64,000 bases of DNA, from assembly GCA_041689935.1 (NCBI GenBank), contig JBDNFI010000012.1:5483-69482 (forward strand), written 5' to 3'. The notes under the pieces are model-generated. The model had not been told where the DNA came from. It worked only from the letters and a program-made list of their open reading frames with translations, and made no database searches. Made by a program: the position numbers and the translations under genes. Positions within the stretch are counted from its first letter, which is position 1. Each line of letters starts with the position of its first letter. This DNA comes from Cyclobacteriaceae bacterium. GTDB taxonomy: Bacteria; Bacteroidota; Bacteroidia; Cytophagales; Cyclobacteriaceae. This document shows positions 39,729 through 47,338 of the stretch, piece after piece.

Positions 39729-41036
39729 TTATGCATTGAGGTCTAATAGAGTGGAGGCAATATCCTCCCGCAGTTTTACGGTAATTTCTACCTCTTTGGC
39801 AAAGCTCGCCCATTGATTCACGGTTTCATTAATTTCATCAATTATTTGTGATGCTTTTTTACATCGGATGGATTTCCCAATGACCATCAAATCTGTTTTA
39901 GTAATATTTTTCCTTTTACCATTTACGCTCAAAGCATGCTGACTTACCCATTCGCTACCTGGCCTGTAAGCATGGCAAATATCATAGGCAGGAGCCAACT
40001 CCCATTTGCTATTTTGTTTTAGTAGGAATGAGAAATTCTTGGTATGGTCGTCACAATTACGAGCGATTACATTAAACACCATTCTTCTAAACATCTGTTC
40101 GGCATCAGTATAGCTCAGTTTTAACTCACGCATACACTGAAAAAGCTGCTCATAACTAAAGCTATTTACGAGGTTGAAATCGAAATGCTTTAAAGCGCAA
40201 AAGGTTTGAACATGGTATTTTGCCTCGCCACCTGCCCGGTCGAAACGCTTAGTCATAAAATGAGCCCGACCATTTTCTTCCAAAAGGCGGGAGGGCATCA
40301 TCTCTATGCCACATTTTGTTGCCATGTTGAAGTAGGCCATTTCTACTCTTCCATACCCTTTGCTTGAGCCTAATTGCACATCGCTTACGCCATCTAGTTT
40401 AATCAGCCAATGCTCGTAACCCTTAGGGGCTTTGGTTTGGCCTGATTTTACTTCTCCAGTTTTTTCGTTCCACGCTATTACTGCCTTTGGACGAGCACCA
40501 CCGGCAGAAGTGCCAATTTTCAAAATATCCAAAACCGCTTCTTTTTCTTCTTTATTTAGGTTGGTGGTAAATGCCTCCCGTAGGTTGAGCATTTTTTGGG
40601 CGGTAGCAACCAAGCTATCAATTTCTATGGAGAATGAGCGCTTGGTTTCGGTGAACATAACTGGTTCAAATTCCAATGCCCCCATACCACGAGTGCCGAT
40701 GAAACACAGCATTTCCACCGGATTCATACTGTCTTGTGGGCGACCTTGCTGTGCCAGCCAAAGGTTAATCATTTGATTCCCGTATTTATCAGGCAATGCA
40801 TCGGCTAATAGACCGGGTAAGCCTTTGAAGGTGTCGTTTTCTGGGTCTCTATCTTTTCGCAATTCTGGAAATGAAAATTGATTCCTATTATCGGAAATAG
40901 GCATTTTGAGTGGCGACAAATCCCAGCCTAATTGCCTGAATTTGGGGTCATATTCAAAAGTAGCATAGCCTGTTTCTGGAGCCCAGGCAATAGCGCCAAC
41001 TAATTCACCCCATATTTTTACTTCTGCTACTTGCAT
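39729..41036 (-). CDS. hipA: Type II toxin HipA (Ser/Thr kinase)
   Basis: 435 aa with the N-terminal coupling domain (VWG..VG.I). Kinase core: GGARPKA loop and catalytic DDHTKNFSF. Confidence 0.92.
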   Translation of the reverse strand: MQVAEVKIWGELVGAIAWAPETGYATFEYDPKFRQLGWDLSPLKMPISDNRNQFSFPELRKDRDPENDTFKGLPGLLADALPDKYGNQMINLWLAQQGRPQDSMNPVEMLCFIGTRGMGALEFEPVMFTETKRSFSIEIDSLVATAQKMLNLREAFTTNLNKEEKEAVLDILKIGTSAGGARPKAVIAWNEKTGEVKSGQTKAPKGYEHWLIKLDGVSDVQLGSSKGYGRVEMAYFNMATKCGIEMMPSRLLEENGRAHFMTKRFDRAGGEAKYHVQTFCALKHFDFNLVNSFSYEQLFQCMRELKLSYTDAEQMFRRMVFNVIARNCDDHTKNFSFLLKQNSKWELAPAYDICHAYRPGSEWVSQHALSVNGKRKNITKTDLMVIGKSIRCKKASQIIDEINETVNQWASFAKEVEITVKLREDIASTLLDLNA

Positions 41037-41039
41037 TGC

Positions 41040-41405
41040 CTACCAATCTATTTCTTCAGAGTCCTTGGTGTTTTTTGTTGATTTGCCTCTTGCTCTATGG
41101 CGTTTATTTTTTTGCAGTTTCGCCAAAGCCAGAGGGCTTAGGGTTTCTTTTACTTCAAATAGGCTAAGCACCTGCAATTGATCCAAAATCCTCAATACCT
41201 GTATAAGCGTAGTCAAAGTTACTGTTTCGCCTCTCTCCAGCAAACTCAGCGTAGACCGACTGATGCCGGCTGCTGCTGACAATTCATCCTGAGTTTTATT
41301 CTGCTCCATCCGGTGATGCCTTACAAATAGCCCAACGTATTCGGTAAGCACTTTATCGCTTATAGAATGCATTTTGTTGAATGATTTATCAGTCATAAAT
41401 GGCAT
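41040..41405 (-). CDS. hipB: HipB-like XRE-family antitoxin / transcriptional repressor
   Basis: The HTH is KTQDELSAAAGISRSTLSLLERGE. It lies 3 nt upstream of hipA. The real start may be the internal ATG at 41372. Confidence 0.85.
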   Translation of the reverse strand: MPFMTDKSFNKMHSISDKVLTEYVGLFVRHHRMEQNKTQDELSAAAGISRSTLSLLERGETVTLTTLIQVLRILDQLQVLSLFEVKETLSPLALAKLQKNKRHRARGKSTKNTKDSEEIDW

Positions 41406-41416
41406 TTTTATGTATT

Positions 41417-41528
41417 AGTGAATGATATATCATGCGAATGTAGTGCTTTTTTTAGTAAAACAAAAAATGAATGGAATATCATTCATTAAGCTACTTATTT
41501 GACTATAGTGACTGATATATCATTCATT
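41417..41528. promoter_or_regulatory. Three 22-bp palindromic operator-like sites upstream of hipB
   Basis: S1 (41417) is AGTGAATGATATATCATGCGAA. S2 (41466) is AATGAATGGAATATCATTCATT. S3 (41507) is AGTGACTGATATATCATTCATT. The shared consensus is ArTGAATG-N6-CATTCATT. Confidence 0.7.
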
Positions 41529-41656
41529 TTTATATTCTAAAGCCAAACTACGAAAATCGAAGGTGAATATTACGTTTTTATTTGTGCCACTAGTTTTAGC
41601 TGTGGTGGTTTATGTGGTTGATTTTTCTCAGGTGTGACAGTTTGAGAACGGAGGGC

Positions 41657-41704
41657 GGATTGCAAATCCTATTTTATCTGGCTTCGAGATTACAAATCTC
41701 GAAG
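41657..41704. other. Two tandem short hairpins (GGATTGCAAATCC and CTTCGAGATTACAAATCTCGAAG) downstream of the three-gene operon
   Basis: The first has a 5-bp stem with a 3-nt loop. The second has a perfect 9-bp stem with a 5-nt loop. They share the core GATTrCAAATC. Neither is followed by a U-tract on the minus strand. Confidence 0.4.
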
Positions 41705-41741
41705 AGGTGGATTAAGTCGGCTTGCAGAGTAATTACATAAT

Positions 41742-42599
41742 TCAATATTTCTGTTTGCTTGGGATTACGCCTCTAATTCCACCCGTTGGATCATCTACGT
41801 CACCGCCATATCGCGGAATTAAGTGGATATGAACATGGTCAATAGTTTGTCCAGCTTTACTTCCGATGTTTATGCCAATATTAAATCCATCAGGTTCAAA
41901 TCGTATTTTTAAAAGCTCCTTGACTTTATTGAGAACAAACCAGCAAGCAGATTGCTCTTTAAATGTTAAATCAAAATAATTGGCACAATGCTTTTTGTGG
42001 ATAATTAATGTGTGCCCTTTATTCACTGGATATTTATCAAATATGGCATATACCATCGCAGATTCAAGAATTAGCTCGCTTTCTGATTCTGGATTACAAA
42101 ATGGGCACCCTATATTTTCGACTCGACTAATTTGATTAAAATGTCTGTACTCATAGATTTCACAATTATCATTTCTGTAAAAGGATTTTGAATTTAAAAT
42201 CACATTACACTGATAAGTTTGCTTTTGATGAATTTTATGAGTTCTAAAACCTTCAAATTGCAGATCCCTCCTAACTGCGATATAAACTTTTCCAGTTGGT
42301 TTTACTAATTGAGATAGCTCCATCAAAACAATAGCTTGCTCCTCTGGTAGGAGTACATTCAATACGTAAAAGCAAAGTATTGTATCAAACTTTCTTTTTG
42401 GGTATTCGGGAAAATAATGCTTGTCGTACCCAGTAATATCAATTCCTTTTTCTTTCATCAACTCAACGTCTTTTCCAAAACCACACCCGAAATCCAATAC
42501 TTCTCCTTTTAGCAAATTCTTATTTAAAAGGAGTTTTGCTGGGAACGAAAGAGCATGTCTTTCTTTAGCGGTGAGGTGATTATAATTATTGAATCCCAT
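41742..42599 (-). CDS. Fusion protein: class I SAM-dependent methyltransferase (N) + histidine-triad (HIT) nucleotide hydrolase/transferase (C)
   Basis: MTase motif I is VLDFGCGFGKD and the post-I motif is ITGYD. The HIT domain starts at CPFCNP..., continues with PVNKGHTLIIHKKH and has the triad IDHVHIHLIPR. Its ATG shares a base with the upstream stop (TAATG). Confidence 0.8.
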   Translation of the reverse strand: MGFNNYNHLTAKERHALSFPAKLLLNKNLLKGEVLDFGCGFGKDVELMKEKGIDITGYDKHYFPEYPKRKFDTILCFYVLNVLLPEEQAIVLMELSQLVKPTGKVYIAVRRDLQFEGFRTHKIHQKQTYQCNVILNSKSFYRNDNCEIYEYRHFNQISRVENIGCPFCNPESESELILESAMVYAIFDKYPVNKGHTLIIHKKHCANYFDLTFKEQSACWFVLNKVKELLKIRFEPDGFNIGINIGSKAGQTIDHVHIHLIPRYGGDVDDPTGGIRGVIPSKQKY

Positions 42600-43645
42600 T
42601 ATTTCATAAATTCAAAGCCATTGTTTGATGCAATTGTGATTAATGGTTGTACGTTTTCAAGAAATTTTTCTTTGGAAAAGCCCTGATTTTGATCTGGGAA
42701 GATTGTTAAGTAGTCTTGAAGTATTGTATTATTTGGGCTATTGTGCTTTACAATATCAAATGCAATTTTTTGTAAATTGAAAAATGAATCAAAATACAAA
42801 TCAAGAGGTGGGAGTTTGTTACCCTTTGAGCTATTGTATGATTTGTCTGCAGGAATTAAATTCCAAATTAAATCGTGGGAGACAAAACTATAAGGAATGA
42901 AATGTTCGAGAGCATAATTTCCCTTACAGAGATCTTTTCCTGTATAGATGCATTTAACTGATCCAATTTCTTTAATAACTAAATCCCAAAATTGAGATTT
43001 TTGCCGATTTAAGCTATTCCTTTTAGCGGCCTTAATCAATTTATTTGGTATGTCAGGTACATTAGGGTTTTTTGATTGAAGAAACAAGGCAAGATTCCAA
43101 TAACAAAAACCTTTAATTACTCCTGTTGCTTTTTTTAAATATTTAATCCATTGAGGGTTAATAATAATGTGATCGTCAAACAGAGCATATAAGCACCAGT
43201 TATTAAAATCCTCAGACTCTGAATAAATTCGTTTCGATCTTTGAAAGTCAGTTTCACCTTTCAATTTCGGAAACCAAGGCGTTAGAAACCAATGCGGAAC
43301 ATTGTTATTATAATGTTTAAGTATCTTTAAGGTGTCACTATTTGTTGTCCTTGATAATTTTTGGAAAACCAATGGTTGTCTTTCATCAATGGAAATTTGT
43401 TCAATTTCTTTTATATCTCGTATTGAATCTTGCTTTCCAAAGGAAACCTGAAAGTAGTTTACCGTATGCCATGCATTAGAAATCATTCTTGCAAATAAAT
43501 CCTTTTTCGCAATTTTTGATTGTCCCATTTCAATTTCTTCTAAAATGGATATTAGCCAATAAAACTTATATGTTGCAGATGTCTTATTAAAACAAGCAGC
43601 AAGAATGTTTATTGGCAACTCTTTTGAATCAGGTAAGTTGCTCAT
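42599..43645 (-). CDS. HNH (His-Me finger) nuclease-domain protein with an unassigned N-terminal region of about 250 aa
   Basis: The C-terminal motif is ALEHFIPYSFVSHDLIWNLIPADKSYNSSKGNK (H...H..WNL.P....N..K). The ORF is open to 43693. The ATG at 43645 lies one nt after the upstream TGA. Confidence 0.75.
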   Translation of the reverse strand: MSNLPDSKELPINILAACFNKTSATYKFYWLISILEEIEMGQSKIAKKDLFARMISNAWHTVNYFQVSFGKQDSIRDIKEIEQISIDERQPLVFQKLSRTTNSDTLKILKHYNNNVPHWFLTPWFPKLKGETDFQRSKRIYSESEDFNNWCLYALFDDHIIINPQWIKYLKKATGVIKGFCYWNLALFLQSKNPNVPDIPNKLIKAAKRNSLNRQKSQFWDLVIKEIGSVKCIYTGKDLCKGNYALEHFIPYSFVSHDLIWNLIPADKSYNSSKGNKLPPLDLYFDSFFNLQKIAFDIVKHNSPNNTILQDYLTIFPDQNQGFSKEKFLENVQPLITIASNNGFEFMK

Positions 43646-43646
43646 T

Positions 43647-44504
43647 TCAAACTCTGATTTCATTCGTCTCATATTCCTTAAGTGTTTTGCCACTTTTAAG
43701 TTTCCATTCTGTTAGACCATTTGCATTTCGCCCTAGAACAATAGAGGCTGCAGTAGAGGGGCTGCTAAAAATGTAGTCCTCAGGAAAATCTAAAAATTCC
43801 TTTCTATCAATTAGTACGCCTTCGTCAATTAGTTTTTGGCGAAATGTTACAAAATTTTGTGTCATCGAAACCACAATGGAACCCGCAGCTTTTGAACCTT
43901 TAAATACGACAAACCCATCAGAACTTGGCTGTCCTTTGCCATCAGATCCTCGTGCAGATTTAATGAAAAATGTATCTTGCTGTTGTTTAGGTCTAAATTC
44001 TCTTTTTTCATCAAATACTTTATGGCCTAAAGTGTTAACCAACATTTTGATGTATTCTATAAACTCTTCCATCTCAGCTCTATCAGGTTCTGAAATTGAC
44101 GATTGAGTTGGAATTATAGAATTATCAACTTTATATCGATTGGCAATTTTCGCGATGTCGTGGAGTCTATTTTCTAAGTATTTGATATGAGCCTTATTTA
44201 AGTTCTCATCTTTGCTGATAAATACTATTGCTTCGTTCCAAAAATCTTTCTGAGTTAGTTGTTGATTAAGGCGTTTCAATATGGATTCAGCTTCACCAAT
44301 ATATACTTGATCTTTTCCTTCATCATCCTTCCCAAATAACAAGTAAACCCCAGTACTGGTCAGGTCATCTCGGTCTACGCAGTCCTTAATTTTTATTCTT
44401 GGAATTTTATAAGCTTTGCCTGACCAGTTAGAAAGTTCACAGCTCATCCTTCCATTTGGATCTCCATCAATGAGAAATATCTTTATTGTTTTACCGAATT
44501 TCAT
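43647..44504 (-). CDS. GIY-YIG nuclease-domain protein with a DUF4357-like C-terminal domain
   Basis: The GIY-YIG core is GVYLLFGK-x9[13 protein letters not shown]...NEA. The C-terminal block is [23 protein letters not shown]. The ATG at 44504 is preferred to the TTG at 44525. Confidence 0.75.
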   Translation of the reverse strand: MKFGKTIKIFLIDGDPNGRMSCELSNWSGKAYKIPRIKIKDCVDRDDLTSTGVYLLFGKDDEGKDQVYIGEAESILKRLNQQLTQKDFWNEAIVFISKDENLNKAHIKYLENRLHDIAKIANRYKVDNSIIPTQSSISEPDRAEMEEFIEYIKMLVNTLGHKVFDEKREFRPKQQQDTFFIKSARGSDGKGQPSSDGFVVFKGSKAAGSIVVSMTQNFVTFRQKLIDEGVLIDRKEFLDFPEDYIFSSPSTAASIVLGRNANGLTEWKLKSGKTLKEYETNEIRV

Positions 44505-44610
44505 TTTGGAAATGTTGTCTACCAATAAAACTACCTCTTTTCACTCAAAAAATAAAATAGCAGAAAGCCATAATTGTAGGAGTTCCCAAGCTCAACGCCT
44601 AAAAAAGCAA

Positions 44611-44640
44611 AAAACCCTACTAAAGCTAGCAGGGTTTTTT
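44611..44640. terminator. Bidirectional rho-independent terminator downstream of tRNA-Ser
   Basis: The sequence is aaaaccctacta-aagc-tagcagggtttttt: an 8-bp stem with one mismatch, flanked by A6 and T6. Confidence 0.75.
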
Positions 44641-44647
44641 GTTGATG

Positions 44648-44732
44648 CAGAGGAGGAGGGATTCGAACCCCCGGTACCTTGCGGTACAACGGTTTTCAAG
44701 ACCGCCGCATTCGACCACTCTGCCACTCCTCT
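44648..44732 (-). tRNA. tRNA-Ser (anticodon UGA)
   Basis: The reverse complement reads AGAGGAG-TG-GCA-GAGTGGTCGAA-TGC-G-GCGGT-CTTGAAA-ACCGT-long variable arm (GTACCGCAAGGTAC)-GGGGGTTCGAATCCCTC-CTCCTCT-G. It is 85 nt, has a class II variable arm and the anticodon loop CU-UGA-AA. CCA is not encoded. Confidence 0.9.
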
Positions 44733-44787
44733 GTGTTTTGCAGAATTTCGAGCTGCAAATGTAAAAGAAAATTGATTGAAGACAATA

Positions 44788-45753
44788 CTAAATCGTAATA
44801 ATTTCTTGATCTGGACCATCTGTATTATCGCTAAGGACTTTGGCGCGATCCAAGGTGGCATTCAGTACGAAGCCTAGCAGAATAATCACCGCCAATATAT
44901 AAAACCACACCATCACCGCGATCAATGCGCCTATAGAGCCATATAGCTTGTTGTACATCCCGAAATTGTTGATGTATAGCGAAAATCCTAATGAAGCTAA
45001 TACACTAAGGAGTGCGGCTAGCACTGCTCCCCAGCTAAAAAAGTGCCATCGGTCGTGGATGGCAGGCGCGAAATAATAAATGGTAGCGATCGCAAAAAGG
45101 AAAACCACAAAAATGACTAAAAAGCGTAAGAGATAAATCAAATAGATCATATAACTCGCGTCGAGGATGTCCTGAGGATATACATAGTTGATTACCGCCT
45201 CGCCTACTGTGAGTAGAATAATAGCCAAAAACAAAGTGAATGCTAAAATACCTGTGAGGAAGGCAGCCATCATCCGCGTTTTCAGAAAGCCCCTAACCTC
45301 CCGCGTTTGATAGCAGGCGTTGAATGCTTTGATTATAGACATGGTGCCATTAGTGGCCAAAAAGGTGGAAGTCAAAAAACCAATAGTCAGCAAATCTCCT
45401 CTTGATTTACTTACAATATCTTCTATCGTTTGGCTTGTAAACTCATACACCGTTGCTGGTAATACTTCTTTCAAAAAACCCAAAATTGCCTGCTCGCTAA
45501 AGGGCTCATAGAAATACTGTATATACGGAATGAGGGTAAACAAGAAAATGATGGCAGGAAATATAGACAGCGTGAAATTGAAGGCAATACCGTTGGCTTT
45601 ATCCCAAATGTCGTCTTTGGTGAGTTTGCGAGCGAAAAGCTTGAGAAACTGATATAATGAGAAGGTATCTTTTATCACCTCTATCCCCTCCAAATAGTTG
45701 ACGCTTTTGGTGATGATTTTCGATGATTTTATCTTCTCAAGTAGATTAGTCAT
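44788..45753 (-). CDS. YihY/BrkB-family membrane protein
   Basis: 321 aa with six TM helices and the FNFTLSIFPAIIFL and YGSIGALIAVMVWFY blocks typical of YihY. Confidence 0.8.
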   Translation of the reverse strand: MTNLLEKIKSSKIITKSVNYLEGIEVIKDTFSLYQFLKLFARKLTKDDIWDKANGIAFNFTLSIFPAIIFLFTLIPYIQYFYEPFSEQAILGFLKEVLPATVYEFTSQTIEDIVSKSRGDLLTIGFLTSTFLATNGTMSIIKAFNACYQTREVRGFLKTRMMAAFLTGILAFTLFLAIILLTVGEAVINYVYPQDILDASYMIYLIYLLRFLVIFVVFLFAIATIYYFAPAIHDRWHFFSWGAVLAALLSVLASLGFSLYINNFGMYNKLYGSIGALIAVMVWFYILAVIILLGFVLNATLDRAKVLSDNTDGPDQEIITI

Positions 45754-46156
45754 GGTACAGTGGCTTCAATACCTCTACCAGTTTGGCAGGTGGCCGGCAT
45801 GGTTTGCCTGTTTCTTTGTTTATAAAGGCCAAAATCGTTTCTCCCTCATGGATCAGCTCCTGATTTTCATTGTAAAATAGGTATTTAAATACAGACTTTA
45901 CGCCAAGCATTTTCGGCAGCGATACTTTTATGGTAATAAGCTCATCGTATCGGGCGGGCAAAAGATACTTCGAGTAGTTTTCCAGCACGGGCATCAGTAT
46001 GCCCTCATCTTCAATTTCCTTGTACGAATAGCCCATGGTGCGTAGGGCTTCTACTCGCGCCACTTCGTAGTAGGTGGCATAGTTGCCGTAATAGGCAAAT
46101 CCCATCTGATCGGTTTCCGCATAGCGAATTCTCAAAGTTACGGTAGCTTCAAACAT
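45746..46156 (-). CDS. Acyl-CoA thioesterase (4HBT/YbgC-like hotdog fold)
   Basis: 136 aa. The N-terminal block is IRYAETDQMGFAYYGNY, with the catalytic Asp. Confidence 0.85.
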   Translation of the reverse strand: MFEATVTLRIRYAETDQMGFAYYGNYATYYEVARVEALRTMGYSYKEIEDEGILMPVLENYSKYLLPARYDELITIKVSLPKMLGVKSVFKYLFYNENQELIHEGETILAFINKETGKPCRPPAKLVEVLKPLYHD

Positions 46157-46165
46157 GCGGTTCGT

Positions 46166-47224
46166 TTATTGGTAAATTCGAGATCGATTGAGTGCCGCCT
46201 GATATCTCCGCGCATTGCGCAGATGCTCTCCCAAGTTGTTGGTAAAATGGTGATATCCTGAAAAATCCTCTTTGGCGCACATATAAATATAGTTATGCTT
46301 GGCCGGATTCAAAACTGCATCGATTGCATAAACGGGCGGGAGGTTGATTGGCCCAGGTGGCAAGCCTGCATACTTGTAGGTATTGTAGGGCGAATCTATC
46401 TCCTTATGGATATTCAGCACACGCCTAATTTCAAAGTCGCCATGCGCAAATACCAGCGTAGGATCGGCTTGCAATGGAATGCCTCTTTGCAATCTATTCA
46501 AGTAAAGGCCCGCAATCGTTGGGCTTTCGTCCCGTTTTTGCGATTCGGCATTTACGATAGATGCCAGCGTAATCACTTCTGAAGGCTCCATACCTAAGTC
46601 TTTGGCTTTTGCCACTCGGGTATCTGTCCAGAAATCCTTGTATTCCCAATGCATTCTGTCTAGCAGTTCATCCGTGGTAGTAGTCCAATACACCTCATAG
46701 GTATTTGGGATAAACATGCTGATAAAATTTTGCTCTTCAAAAGCGTATTTCCGCCATACTTCGGGCTGCTTTATTCGGACTAAAAAAGAAAGGCTATCTA
46801 TTTGAATTCCTTTGGTGATTTTGCCAGCAAGATCCTCCAGCGTACGAATGTTGTTAAACGTAATGCGGGTGGGTATCTGTGCTCCCGATCGTAGCAAGGT
46901 TACGGCTTCAATATTGGTCATGTTGCTCTCTAGTTCATAAAGGCCAGGTTTCACCAATTGGTCGTAGTCCATCCACTTGGCGACCAAACTAAAGGTAACT
47001 AAGTCCTGTACGATATCTTCATCGTAGAGCATATTCTGCACCTGCTTGAAATCCGCATCCTTTGGGATTAGGATTACACGAGCTTCTTTATCTACAAGCA
47101 CGTTGGGCGTTTTTACAATCTGATAGCCATAAAAAAGGCCGGTAGTCGTGATCATGGAAAAAACGACCATGCCTATCACAAAAATTTTGCGTCGAAGAGA
47201 AGGTTCTTTATCTGATGTTTTCAC
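46166..47224 (-). CDS. mltG: Endolytic murein transglycosylase MltG (YceG-like)
   Basis: N-terminal TM anchor. The catalytic block is LASIVNAES, followed by NTYKYAGLPPGPI. Confidence 0.9.
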   Translation of the reverse strand: MKTSDKEPSLRRKIFVIGMVVFSMITTTGLFYGYQIVKTPNVLVDKEARVILIPKDADFKQVQNMLYDEDIVQDLVTFSLVAKWMDYDQLVKPGLYELESNMTNIEAVTLLRSGAQIPTRITFNNIRTLEDLAGKITKGIQIDSLSFLVRIKQPEVWRKYAFEEQNFISMFIPNTYEVYWTTTTDELLDRMHWEYKDFWTDTRVAKAKDLGMEPSEVITLASIVNAESQKRDESPTIAGLYLNRLQRGIPLQADPTLVFAHGDFEIRRVLNIHKEIDSPYNTYKYAGLPPGPINLPPVYAIDAVLNPAKHNYIYMCAKEDFSGYHHFTNNLGEHLRNARRYQAALNRSRIYQ

Positions 47225-47338
47225 TGTATATCTGTCAATCTATTGAGCAAAATTAAACAAATTACCCGTGTGGCAAGGTTCCTTTTATCAGCTATTCCCG
47301 ATATTTCGAGATAATTTCTCGGGCGGTTTCAGCTTATT

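Noticed and set aside
41630-41710. Possible tRNA-Cys gene (GGATTGCAAATCC matches a tRNA-Cys anticodon arm)
   Set aside because: The surrounding sequence cannot be folded into acceptor, D or T arms. The anticodon stem would be only 5 bp of GGATT/AATCC with non-pairing extensions, and there is no GTTCRA T-loop. At most it is a remnant, and it is reported as a low-interest finding.
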